64,000 nucleotides of DNA from Uloborus diversus (lineage: Eukaryota), in contig NC_072731.1 of assembly GCF_026930045.1 (NCBI RefSeq), forward strand, positions 137,882,156 through 137,946,155. Direction: 5' to 3'. The position numbers and the translations under genes were made by a program. Shown here one piece after another: positions 13,371-25,340 of the stretch (positions are counted from its first letter, which is position 1; each line of letters begins with the position of its first letter). Below the pieces are notes generated by a model that was not told the DNA's origin, did not search any database, and worked only from the letters and a program-made list of their open reading frames with translations.

Positions 13371-13604
13371 ATCTAGAGATCTCTTAATTTAATTTTTGAA
13401 TAGTGATCAGTTTATTTCCAAGTATTTTTACCCTTTATTAGTAAGATAAATAAATACCTTTGTGCTGAACAGTAAAGTAAGAAAAAACACCGTCAGAAAA
13501 GCACAAATTGCAAATTACTGCAGGCACGTGGACTTTTGCCGGATATCTTTTCATCCATAAGCTCATTATTTTTTGCATTGAAAAAAGCGTTCCCTGTAAC
13601 GCCG
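13371..13604 (+). repeat. Direct repeat copy 2, followed by a partial inverted copy at 13606-13680
   Basis: This is the same 250-bp unit as 11966-12215. Immediately downstream, 'cgaaacacgtgtctgcagtaatctgcaatttgtgcttttttgacgttgttttttcttactttac' is the reverse complement of 13468-13530, forming a local palindrome. The artefact ORFs 12053-12328(-) and 13536-13757(+) share the 'ICNLCFFDVVFSYFT' stretch for this reason. Confidence 0.85.
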
Positions 13605-14689
13605 AAACACGTGTCTGCAGTAATCTGCAATTTGTGCTTTTTTGACGTTGTTTTTTCTTACTTTACCTTTATTAGTGTTTTTTATTTGGGCAAATGTTAC
13701 CTTTGCGTTTGGGTTACTTTGGCCCAAAGTGGTTTTCTCTATTTAAAATCTCTGTAGAACTAATTAGAGTTAAAGAAATACATGTATTCGTACGAAAAAC
13801 TATTTATTTGGATGAAAAATACATTTTAAAAGAAGTTTGAATCACACATGTTTGTTTAAGGAAAATTATTATCATTTTCACTATGTGTATGCATACCTAG
13901 TTATTATCTCAGAAATTACAGACGGAGAACAGCCATCTTTTCATCAGTTTTGGAGGTTGAATAATTTTATTAAGACAACATTCGTAAAACAAAGGGACCT
14001 AAATTTTCGGTCACTTCCAAAACTTTTTAGTGCACTCTATGCTCTCAACATTCGCTCCTTCTCCTCTCGCAGGAAAAGCTATCTTTGAAAACCTGAGCTC
14101 ATTCCATTCTACAATAATAAAATTCCATAAACTTTCTACAACACTACACTACTACACAATTAAACAATATTTGTAAGAAGTAGTTTTTTCTAAACCTCCT
14201 GCAACTTACAATTCCTCTTCAGCTTCCATAGTGAAAGCCTTGTAACTGCGCCCTAATGAATTGAGTCTGCAATCTCTCCATTTATCCGTTGCCAATAATT
14301 CCAGGTTTTTCTTGTGTTTTTCCTGTTTAGAGTTAATTTTTGCTATTCTTTACAAATTTCACAACAAAAAATTTAAAAAAAATTTTTTTTCAAGTCAACT
14401 GATATAGAACGGTTTCTACATGAAGAAGTTTGAGAGGCTATGTAGGCACATGTTAGCACGAGGAATGCAGAACCACTCGTGTTGCTTCTTGAGCAGAGCT
14501 ATAGAACTGCTTGGAATACATAATTGAGTGCTTGGGAGTGCTCTCTGGTGAAATATGTCAAAATATGTTGAAAAGATTGCGCCCTGAAGGTTGACAGAGG
14601 ACGTTGTATCCTTTTATCCATTTATGCCAAAGAAGGACTCTAAGGTCAAAGTAGCCTACGTTTACGGTACCCCGAAATCCTCTCTTTTC

Positions 14690-15140
14690 GCCCATCATTA
14701 AAACTCATCTAAAATTTCGTTTCTGGATCTTCAATTCCGAAAAAACTCCGGGAGAGTGACTCCGAATCCAAACCTTTTTCCTTACGTTTACAAAGATGGC
14801 CTATAATTGCGTTTTTAGAACCTCAAATTCAAATTTTTTCCGGGGAAAGGTCGCCTGAACCCCTTTTCTTCCCTTAACTTCAACACAGATGGTCTACAAT
14901 TGAGCTTATTTAGGGCATATCATTTCCATGAAAAATCAGCGAGCATCCCCTATCCTCCCCCCCCATGGTCAAAATAGTCTAAAACTTGTTTTTTAGAACT
15001 TCAATTTCAAGAAATTTTAGTGGCAGAGTCTCCGACATTAAACCGTTCATAGAAGTCCCTGAACCTCACGCCTCCGAACGTCACCATGTAGTTTTCGAGC
15101 ATGTAATTTTAGAACTAAAACTTTGAACAATTTCCGGGTA
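14690..15140. repeat. Minisatellite array of ~95-100-bp units, array 2 of 2
   Basis: Units such as 'aaaactcatctaaaatttcgtttctggatcttcaattccgaaaaaactccgggagagtgactccgaatcc' and 'aaaatagtctaaaacttgttttttagaacttcaatttcaagaaattttagtggcagagtctccgacatt' are homologous to 12830-13270. Confidence 0.7.
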
Positions 15141-15641
15141 AGGACCATTGCTAGTGTTACACCTACTGCTGTAGGTTCATATTTTAAATTCTCTTTCTCC
15201 ACTAACTAACGCAATTCTCTGAATTTGATTGCTCATATGCTAGTAATGACAGCTACCCCTCCCCCTCTCCAAGCATAAATCTAGACTTTCTCTCTATCTT
15301 GTTACATATGCGTTTGAAAAAAATTGTAGGTTTTACAAACATCCCTTCGCAATTTTTTTGACATCGCAACGGCCTCGTTACAAGAAAATGCTTTCATTCA
15401 TTTGAATGAAAGTTAAAGAAAACCAAATCCTGCATTCGCCACTGCTAGGACGCAAGAATTTTGAAAGTGCCAAAATGTATGTTTAACAGTTTCGAGACTA
15501 TCTTTCTTTTATTTCTGCAATTATTACAGAAATAAAAAAAAAAAACCCCACCCCATTAAGCTTAAACAAAATATCTCAAGTACCTTTGAATTATTATGTA
15601 AAACATTCGCAATTTCTGCGCATATGCACACGTACACACAC

Positions 15642-15644
<3 letters not shown>

Positions 15645-15708
<64 letters not shown>
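15645..15708. repeat. (TA)n microsatellite followed by a hAT-like 3' terminus fragment (15709-15757)
   Basis: A perfect TA run is followed by 'gggggtcgcgacgttaaaaggggtaggaatcactg', which resembles the 3' end '...gggtcgcggcattaggaaggttgagaaccactg' of SPIN-type elements. Confidence 0.5.
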
Positions 15709-15899
15709 GGGGGACACTTAGGGGGTCGCGACGTTAAAAGGGGTAGGAATCACTGCACTAAAGGGATAAACTGCTGAGTCGACCATGCCCAACCAGGGCC
15801 TGCGGCGTAGAAGCTCGAAGAGTTACCACTAAGCCACTGGGCTTCTACTTAATATTAAGCCTGGGTTTATTTTAAATGTTTTGTACAATTTGTCAAGTG

Positions 15900-16460
15900 C
15901 TTGCGAGGCAACGTGAAGTAGTTTATTTCGTGTTCACTTATTCAATCACTTATTTACATCACTTAAGCGTTCATTTTTCATTAATTCATTTTCATTCCTT
16001 GATTTAAATATTCATGTAATTATTCATTCATTTATTTTATATTTTCTTATTCATTCACTATTTTATTTACTCGTAATTTCTCTCACACATGATTTATTAT
16101 TTTATCAGTTACACTTTTATTGTTAAATTATCTATTCATGTCTTTATTCATTATTTTAATTACTCATTCATCTGACCAAAAATCTCTTCAACTATCAAAT
16201 AGAATCTGCTTTATTAAAAAATATTTTATTTTTCATTTTGCCACCTAAAAAGAGGGAAATTTTCCACTTTTTTTTTTTTGGAAGAACAAATTTGCAGCCA
16301 AGAAGTAAAAATAATGTTTCCATGCAAGTTTCTATTACAAAATTCATTGCTCTTTCTTTACGTACGGTTATTTTCGAAACAAATTTCCAATTTTTTTCAT
16401 TTTGAAAGAAGTAATTTTTTTTACTTATATTGCACTTTGCCCCCACTTTCCCGTACATGG
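15900..16460 (+). repeat. Dispersed repeat R5, copy 1; right-hand portion of a TIR element, with an expanded 'ttcatt' cryptic simple repeat
   Basis: 16225-16450 matches 57240-57470 ('attttccactttttt...ccatgcaagttt.t.ttacaaaat.ca.tg.t.tttctttacgtac.gt.attttc.aaacaaatttccaattt.ttcattttgaaa'). It ends in a TIR-like 'ttgcactttgcccccactttccc'. Confidence 0.65.
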
Positions 16461-17252
16461 CCTAAAAATAAAAATTAACAATCACAGGTTAATTATGAGA
16501 GGAATTTCTTTTACTTGTTATGGGCAAAAGTTACCCCCCTCCCCCGCGTTGAAAAAATTACTCACTAAGACTTTGATAAAAGAAAACTGGTTTAAATACA
16601 TATGAATTAAGAAAATTTCAGTGTCAATATTGTGAAGACTGTGTTATCTCTAATTTTTAAAAATAAAAAATGAAGATAGCTTCACAGATTTAAAATCCGC
16701 ATTAAAAATAACGTTGTTTTAAAAAAGTGATAAATAAAATAAAAACGAGAAATAAAAAATTTTGCATTCAAACAAAAATAATTTCTCCCATCTCCGCTGA
16801 AGCTTTCGTTGAAGTAATGAGGCCATGCAAACAGAATAAAGTGATAGTAACAGTTCTCAAATGTTGCTAGGCAGACGATTTCGATTTATCGATTGCAGCT
16901 GCCACAGAAAGCTTTAGAAAAGAATAAGTGCCACTTCAATACTTACTCCAAACTACTAGCTGAAAAAAGATTTATTGATAATAACATTTTTTTTTTTTTT
17001 AATTCTTACTTCTGATCACAAAAGAAATTATGAATATGATTTATCAAATTAAAATATTAATGGGGAAAGAACCATTAATGATTCGTTTTAGATTAGAATT
17101 ATGCTACGTAGTTACACAAAGCTCAATCTCATAAAAGGTTTTTTTTCCTCCTTTGAAGTAAAACAATTTAGCAGTTAAATTGAGTTTTAAAATTGCTTTT
17201 GAGAAAGCACGGAAAGAATGGTGAAGGGCAATTCTACCGTCACGTGCGGCAC

Positions 17253-17595
17253 AATCCGATATAGTGATGGGCATAATCGAGTTCTCATAATCAAATCACT
17301 CGATTATTCATGATCACTCGAGAACTCGATTTTCACGAGTTCTTGATTATCACATCTCGAGTTCTCGATTATAGTCTTTCGAGTTCTCGATAATAGTCTT
17401 TCGAGTTCTCGATTATCACATCTTGAGTTCCCGATTACCACTTTCGGAGTACTCGAGCGATGGACTGCTCGAGTTCTCGATTATCACTTTCCGAGAACTA
17501 GAGCAATGAACTGTACGAGTTCTCGAGATGTTGGTTCCTCGATTTAAAGAGATTTGATTTCTCGAGTTCTCGAGATAACGGGACGCGCCCCGCCA
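17253..17595 (+). repeat. Satellite-like array of ~20-24-bp 'tcgagttctcgattatcac' units; left arm of a 15.9-kb-spaced inverted pair
   Basis: Tandem 'ctcgagttctcga' subrepeats. The terminus 'caatccgatatagtgatgggcataatcgag' is mirrored by the reverse complement of 33085-33118. The internal 'caatcgctcgagtactcg' is mirrored in 32920-32945. Confidence 0.8.
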
Positions 17596-18289
17596 AGGAA
17601 ACCAAACGTCAGCAGCCAACAGAAGCAAATCCACCGCCAAAGACGAAAGAAAATAAAAACGACCAAGAACAAGATTACACGACAGAACACATTGAGGTTT
17701 TTCGGGTTTTTTACCCCTCTGTATCTCAGCCCCATGAAAATCCCCGGAGTTGATTTTTGGTACACTTAATCTCTAGTGGCCCCTGACGCCGTAAACCAAA
17801 ATATAATCCCCTGGACCATCAGGGAGAGGAGGTATTAAAGATATAAAATTGCTGTTCAAAAAAGTTTTCGCTTTCTTTGACAGGGCTACAGCAAAGACGA
17901 AAAGAGGAATCAAGCAGAAATTTCGCACACACATTCCTTGTGCCTTACTGATGTGTCTTTTGTGCCATTTGACCCCCTCCCCTTCCCCCCTCGTTTTTAC
18001 CCCCCAAATTGTACCCTCCCGGGGTTCTATCACAGCCCCCGAGGGGCTACGGTAATGATTTTTTGTATACATATTCTTGAGAGGCCATTGAGTACGTATA
18101 CAAAAATTCAACCCCCAGGGACATCATGGGCAGGAGTAATTAAAGTTTGAAAATCACTAATTTTCCCTAAATACTTATCTCATCAAAAACAACCCTGTTG
18201 TAAAAATTTCCTCGCTGAGAAAACCTTTAACTTTTCCGCACAAAAACGAAAACCTGCATCCTAAACCCTCAGCCATAAAAAGTTATGAT

Positions 18290-18600
18290 ATCTAGTTTGC
18301 TAGTAAAAAGTTACACCGTTTTCAGCGTCGGGTTTTGGGAGGAGGGGGGAAAGAAGTTGGTAAATTAGTAGTTTTTATCAGTTTTTCGGAAATATTTAGA
18401 AAACTATGGCGTTTAGAGCAAAAAGTGCAATATACAAAATATTCTACACTAAATTACGAACAAAATGGTCCTAAGCATTATTTTGTTTAGTGAACGGTTC
18501 CAGAGTTACAGAGGGTGTAAAAATAGAATTTTTTCGGATTTTTTTAGAAAAAATATTCATTATGAGTAAAGAAACTATTTTTTTTTGTATGAATTGTGTT
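18290..18600 (-). repeat. Dispersed repeat R9, left copy of an inverted pair with 28950-29240
   Basis: The reverse complement of 18290-18540 aligns at roughly 90% with 29020-29240 ('ctgtaactctggaac.gttcac.taacaaaataatg.tta.gaccattttgtt.gtaatttagtgtaga.tattttgtatattgcactttttg.gctaaacgcc.tagttttc.aaatatttccgaaaaactgataaaaactactaattt.ccaacttctt.cccccc...cccaaaacccgacgctgaaaacggtgt.actttttac'). Confidence 0.85.
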
Positions 18601-20519
18601 TTGTAACAGCAAATTACGATTTTAGGGGCCGGTGTTATGTTTGTGATAAGCCCTTGAAGGAACGACAACCTCATTGCCTACTTAAGGGGCTCTACTTTTA
18701 AGGGAAAAGTGGCTTTCACGGGCCGTGGCTTTATAAATCTGCGGCACGGAGAATCTCAAATTTTCTCTAGACAATGCAGGAATAAGAATGAATATATTTT
18801 CAACATAGATAATTTTAAAAGGTAAAAATGCGTAACAATTATGATTTATAATTATATCATTTTTAATGATAGCATTTTTATAAGTGCAGCTTTTGAAGAT
18901 TTTTCTTTAGAAAATAGGCATATTTGCCTGTATATTGCAACCATATTTTATCAAACTTTTTGAAGTTCGTAAACTGTGTCAATACTAATATTTAATAAAA
19001 ATGTAGAACGTTACATGCGACATACTGATGAAAGATATTCACAGTATTCAGTCCTCTTCAAACAAAGCACCGTCCTCTTCTAGATCATCGTCTATGATAT
19101 TAGCGTCCCTGTTAATACATCCTGGAACTGAGCAATTACTGCACATGCTTGAGCAGTTTAGACCAGTATTTCTGCACTCGTTAGTTATGGACGCATTTGT
19201 CTTTGCAAATGTACACTATGTGGGAAAGTAATTCCTGGGGAGCCTGCAGAACACATTGTTGTAATTGATCTGAGGTGTTCACCAATCTTCTTCCACCCCC
19301 ACTGGAGCAGATTCTTTTTCTCATCCAGCCACTGTTGGATCTGTTGTAGGGTTTATATGAATGCTGCATGGAAGCTGCTGAAAAAGGGGGGGGGGGGGGT
19401 AGTGCGGCCAACTGGAACATTGAATATATGGACTGCTTTACAATAGCCTGCCAGTAACACTGGTAGCAAAAGCTATCTAGATCTTCAGTATTCTATTGGC
19501 TTCAAACATCGCAAGAAGGAAATGCTTTCCTCCGTCAGCCCTTAGAGCACGAATTCAAATGGAGGGAGCAAATCCAATCATTGGCTTAGCAAAAAGTGAC
19601 CCAAAGACCCCAAGTCACGTGAGGCAACAACGACGAATGGTTAGCACGTTTTGCGTGAAACAAGCGAAAGAAACCTGATTTCTTCCACTGCTTTGCGTTA
19701 AAATCTATCACGTGACTTGGAGGTCTTGGCTTCATGCATGAAAGTCTTCACGCCCTCCATTTTATCTCTTCTCAATCCGTCAGCCACTGAACTGGGGTCA
19801 GCTAGAAGCTTCGTACGAAGAGCGCTGTTGGCTTGTACTTTTCTATACGGTGAAATTTTCCCCTTCTTGTAGATAGATGATACAGTGTCAAATCCTGTGG
19901 AGGCGTATTTTGCTAAGAGTACACCTTTCATATATTCAATGCCTCACTGAATGTCCGAGATAGTGTACAACTTTTCCTGCTGATTGCCTTTCTTTGGTAC
20001 CACAATTTTCAATTTGTGTGTGAACAGTCAACAAGACTAGTAAGTCCGTATCATCACCAATCACACAAGCTTCAGCCCCATTTTTAGCTTTACCAATCGC
20101 TGGTAAAATTTTACTACTATTATATATGCGAAAGTTTGTCTGTATGGATGTATGCATGTATGGATGTTTGTTACTCTTTCACGCAAAAACTACTGAATGG
20201 ATTTTGATCAAACTTTACAATAATACAGCTTATGCATCAGAATAACACATAGGGTAGATTTCGTCCCGTTATGGGGGGCAAAACCCCCTTAGGAGGGCAA
20301 TAAAACACAATTTTTGTATAAATTCTCTAATATGGGTATGAAAAAATACTTGCACATATTAACATTATATGTCCATCGAAAGCTCTGATTTTTCTGCTGA
20401 AGATGGCACCTTTTCGAAAATTCTAAGTATAATGAAAAACGAGTTATGAGCATTTTAGTTCCATGTTCGAAGGCTTTCCTCAACTCAATACAATATTTAG
20501 TGTATCATCTCAACTCTCT

Positions 20520-20856
20520 GTCGAAAGCGACTATTGTTGTATTGTTGACTATCTTTGCTTTTCGTGATAGTTCAAGGCTTTTCTCAAGTCATATCTTGAA
20601 GTAAGATTTTTGCACAAGATTGGCAAATAATACATGGATTTGGTTGATTATTTTCCATTTTAATGCAACTTTGAGGCAATTAATGGGGTTTTTTTAAATT
20701 TATTTGTGTTAACTGGATATTTAATTGATCAGCAGAAATCTAGCCAAACTTTTTTTGTGGAATCATTTCAATAGCTAAGGCACTTGGCATTTTTTTCAAC
20801 TGTCGCTCTTTTTGAAGCTAAAGACTAGGCAATATTGTTTCTAGGTTATCACCATG
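20520..20856 (+). repeat. Repeat family R1, copy B (5' part), ending at the TSD of an inserted element
   Basis: Aligns with window positions 1-313 and ends in '...ctaggttatcaccatg'. Confidence 0.8.
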
Positions 20857-23800
20857 CATGGCCCCACTGAATACTTAACGGCCGTGGCAATCGCTGAAAC
20901 TCATGGCAACAAAGAGAGCGCCACTGGCTACCCCTGTTTTTGTTTCCACTTGGCGTGATTGTGAGCGTTGGCGCTTTGGCATCTGTGAATACGTGATTTC
21001 TCGACTTATTGTCGGGCGTACGTCATTTGACGAAAATTTCAATTTCAAAAAAAGGAATGAAGAGAAAACGTGCTGAATAAACATTGTATTACAAAGGTGA
21101 AGAGCATTTCTTGTCATTATTTTAATATTATATCAAAAATTACGCGTAATAAAAAATTTTAACTAAACACAGAAAACATATGATTTTTTTAAATATTAAT
21201 GCGTAATTCTTAATATATTTTTTCAAACTTTTTTTTTTTTTTTTTGAAAGCTTTGAATAATTTTCAAATTTTTTATTGAAAATCCCTTGGGGTTTCCTTT
21301 TTGGATACAACAGTTCTAAGATTGATGATATATGGCAGGCAGCCCTCATTTCTAATTTTACATGCTCATTTAGATGCGAATTTTTTTTCTGCTCAATAAA
21401 TTACATCGAAAAAAAAAAAAAAAAAAAACACGCTCCGCAATCTGTAAATACATTCATTTCGCAAAACTTGAGAGGGTCATTCATTGCCCCTTTTGACCCT
21501 GATGAGGGTTAGAGGGGGGGGTTATAGGAATTTACGTTAACAATTGCCATTCTTTTCGCTCGTAATGTAGTGTATATTTTACAACGAACAGAATTTAATT
21601 AAAAATGTACGCTTGGGAACAAACAGGTCCGACATTTAAAAATTCGCGGGGGGGGGGGGGGGGGCAAAGGTTTTGTGTTCGGGAAAAAACAAGCATAATG
21701 CCTAATTTTAGTATGTTTGTAAAATTTAGGGGTGTCATAATTGCCCCCTCCCCCGTGATATCCCCACTTGACAGGCCTGGTTAGGAATATTCTTTTTCAA
21801 ATGAAGAAGAACAATAGAAAAGTTGAAAATATGATGGCAATTTGAGAAAATGAACCATTCACATAATTTTAAAAACATTTAAAATCAGAGTGTGACTAAT
21901 ACATGGTTCTACGACGGGTCCGTGGTTCTCGCACCAATATTTTACCGACACCAAAATAATGTCATTTATCTTTTCCCCCTTCCATTTTTAGCACATCTCA
22001 TGTTATAATAACTTTAGTGTAGATTTTAGTAGTATATTAGTGCACAATACGCATAGAGATGCACAAACGTTTAGTGCACAAGAGCTATTTCGAAAAAGTA
22101 CAGATTTTTTTCCTTACAAAAGGAAATTCATAGCATAATCAAAAAATAAATAAAAATAACATGGAGCTAGAAAAAACTTTCATTTTTCCGAAGCTTAGTT
22201 TTTAATTTTTTAAATGTCTGATTTTGAAAATAAGGCGTGGTCTTTATGACGTCACAAATGATGTATTTTGGCGCATCTGTCAACCGCGTTTCTACGTTAT
22301 GATGATCAAGAAGCGAATTACATATTGCACTCTACGCTTACTATCAATCATATAATTGCCAACACTTTTGAGTAAAGAAACTAATTGAATATTGAGCTCT
22401 GTGAGTGACATCAGTGAATGGCATTTCATCATTTGTGATGTCATCTGCAGAAGCGTAAACAATGAAAGCGCACCGATTAATGCATTATTTTTTAAATATT
22501 AAACTTAGTCAAGTTATTTTAAAAAATGGTCAAATCCTATGATTTTAAAAATGTTCTTTCAAAAAAAAAAAAAAAAAACCCTTAAAAATTTTCGCTCGTT
22601 TTATAAATAATTTTTATAAACTACACAAAAAAAAGTCCGCACAAAAACAGGTTTGAGTGTACATACACACATCGGAAGGCGCACAGACCGGAGAGCGTTC
22701 ACTTTAGTTCAGATTCTATCCCCACCCCCAGGCTCCCACCTTACCGTTAGCATCCCAGGTGCTATTACTTCAATATATTTTTCAATTGTTATAAAGTGTT
22801 CACGCAAATAATAATTTTTATGATAAAGGTCAGATTCGGCCATAAAATATTTATATTATTTACAGACTCATATTACCTATTCTAGAAAATCAACAGTCAT
22901 ATTATGACGGGTGCAAATTTCTTGGTCATTTCCATTTCATTCCATTTGTAGAAACAAGAAACCCAACGAGTAGGATCCTATTGCAATTCATGATCGTGAA
23001 TAACTTTATTCGAACTCAAGCAGCCAAAATTCAAATTATTATTATTTTTTAAAATTTATTTTTAACATTTAACAAATACATGCAATAGGGAAAGAAACTC
23101 CTCAAATATCTACACATGAATTTGTGAAACTAATTTAAAAAAAAAAATGTGGAACAGATTATTTTACAAAATATCAACACTGTTGATATTTTGTAAAATC
23201 CTAGCAGGGGAGAGTTCCGTACAAAATTTATTTTGTCCTTGCAAAAGCAAAACAATGATATGATTTTTTTTATTTGCCATTTTAAAGATATTTTTAAACA
23301 TACATTCGATTTGCGATAGCTCGAATGTAAAAAAGAAAGATGGAAAACTTCGACTTATCGAAAGTTTGACTTAACGATAGTTTTGGTTTTTGATATTTTA
23401 ATACTAAAAACCATCGAATGCTTTAATCTGTACATATAACAGACAAAATTATAGAACTTAAGTTTTTTAGCACAATATGCACAGTTTAATCAAATGTATT
23501 GATAGAAAAAAATCAAAAGCATGCTGGAACCGCTTGAATAGAGCTGATTCTACTTCAGGAAATGTGCACATCTTCGTTCGTTTCAAATTCGGATTCGAAA
23601 TGAAGGTGAAATAATTATTCTCCCATAGTCACTTCTTTCTTTCTTTTTTTTTTTTTCGTTCTTTCGAAATAAATTTCGAGTAATCCTGGAAAAAACTTCG
23701 AGTTGAAAGAAGTTAACTTCGAGTTATTTATAATAATTAGACTGGAATTAAAGACAAAAAAGTAGAGACTTGATAAAAAATTCGAGTTATAGTAATGTTT

Positions 23801-24814
23801 CGGACTTCGATTTATCGCAAATCGACTTTTTTTTTTTAAAAATTAAAATATTTAGCGATATAAAATCCTGTAAACATTGAATTCTAGTCATAAAAAAACT
23901 ATTTTCTACACTTGAAAAATGAATGAGAAAGGAGCTTTGAACTAGAAACTTTGTAAGACATTTGATCGCCAAGTTTGGCGAAAATTTGGATATGAATTTT
24001 CTGTTGGAAAAATAAAATACACACACGCAGTAGATCGTCAAGAATCCGCAGGAGTCTAAGATCTGCTTACAAATTTTTGTCATCTTCTTCTAATTGTATA
24101 ACATTAGGAGCAGCTCTAAATATCTAGCATTTCTTAAAATAAAAAAAGGGTGGCGAGGGGGGTAATTTTCCGTTATAGGTACGTAGTGGTGCATTTTTTA
24201 AGCTGGCGATTAGTTTCAATTTTATTTATTGTCATGGACTATTTCAAGTTACATATAAAGTACTTATTTGGCGATACCATGAACTATTTTGTCTTTTTAA
24301 AGACTTATAAGCGAAGCAAGCCTAGAAACAAAATCAAAAAGTCCATTAAAATAAAAAATAGTCCTCTGAATAATTAAGTTTCTCCATTAAGCGTAAAATA
24401 ATCCAACAAATGAAGCACAAACTATAAATGAGCATGTAAAATTAAATTAAAAGAAATTGCCAAACCAACTTTAGATGCTCAATTTACGTATTAAATAATC
24501 AGCTGAATAACATTACTGATTCGATTCGAATTGGTTGATTCGGTATATTTCTGAGCATCTTGCGAAATATTAATGTTTGTTTTCTGTTTCATTTATTAAT
24601 TAAAATAAACAAGCTTTGAAACTTGTCGTTGATTGGTTGATGCAACCGTGGCTTGTGGCGCCTCCTTGCGGTCAGAATGGGCAAACATGAAGTTTTGAAG
24701 TTTTTCCATCTAGTGTGGCCATGTTCAAGTGCAGGAATAGTTGCCCCGGTTTAACACAGGAAAGTCAAAAATTGTCAAGGCCTGGTAAGCGCCAGCGCAT
24801 TCAGTGGGGCCATG
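20857..24814. mobile_element. Non-autonomous DNA transposon of 3958 bp with perfect 16-bp TIRs ('catggccccactgaat') and a 7-bp TSD ('caccatg'), inserted into an R1 copy
   Basis: The left junction reads 'tatcaccatg|catggccccactgaat' and the right junction reads 'attcagtggggccatg|caccatgtaacc'. The uninterrupted paralog at 301-320 reads 'cttacaccatgtaaac' with a single 'caccatg'. There is no ORF over 100 aa inside. The element contains a G18 run and a 19-bp inverted repeat ('atgacgtcacaaatgatg' at 22243 and 22427). Confidence 0.8.
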
Positions 24815-25340
24815 CACCATGTAACCAAATATCGCCATTTCTTTAATATTTCTTTCTTTAAATTTGTTAACACGTAAAGTAATTCGCCAACTAAATTAAG
24901 CGAATGCATAAAGAGCACAAAAACTTCCATTAATTTGTCTTTGCACACAATTTCAAACAATTGCTAAGTTTTTACTGTTTATTGGAAATATTTCGCGTAG
25001 CATCATTTTATAATCACCAGAAGTACCTCTGTATTTGGCGACTCTCTTTCTTCGATGAAAATTAGTAACACACAGTTTTAGGAGGGAGGAGGAGTCTCAT
25101 TTAAGGTATCCCAAAACGATTAACGCAAATTTAATAACATTTTAAATCGCAGTAAGGGATTACGGGCAGCTACACTTTTTAAAAGTTTGTACTTCAATAG
25201 CAATATAGAAAAGGTTTTAGACTATGTTAAAAAAGAAAGAAAAAAAGATAAATCTTTTTAAACAAGTGAAGTGTAATTTTTTATTTTGGAAATTCCTCAA
25301 ATTTGTATATGCTTAAATATCGTTTTTTCGTTTCTAAAAG
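24815..25340 (+). repeat. Repeat family R1, copy C (3' part), starting at the TSD
   Basis: Aligns with window positions 307-890. Confidence 0.8.
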
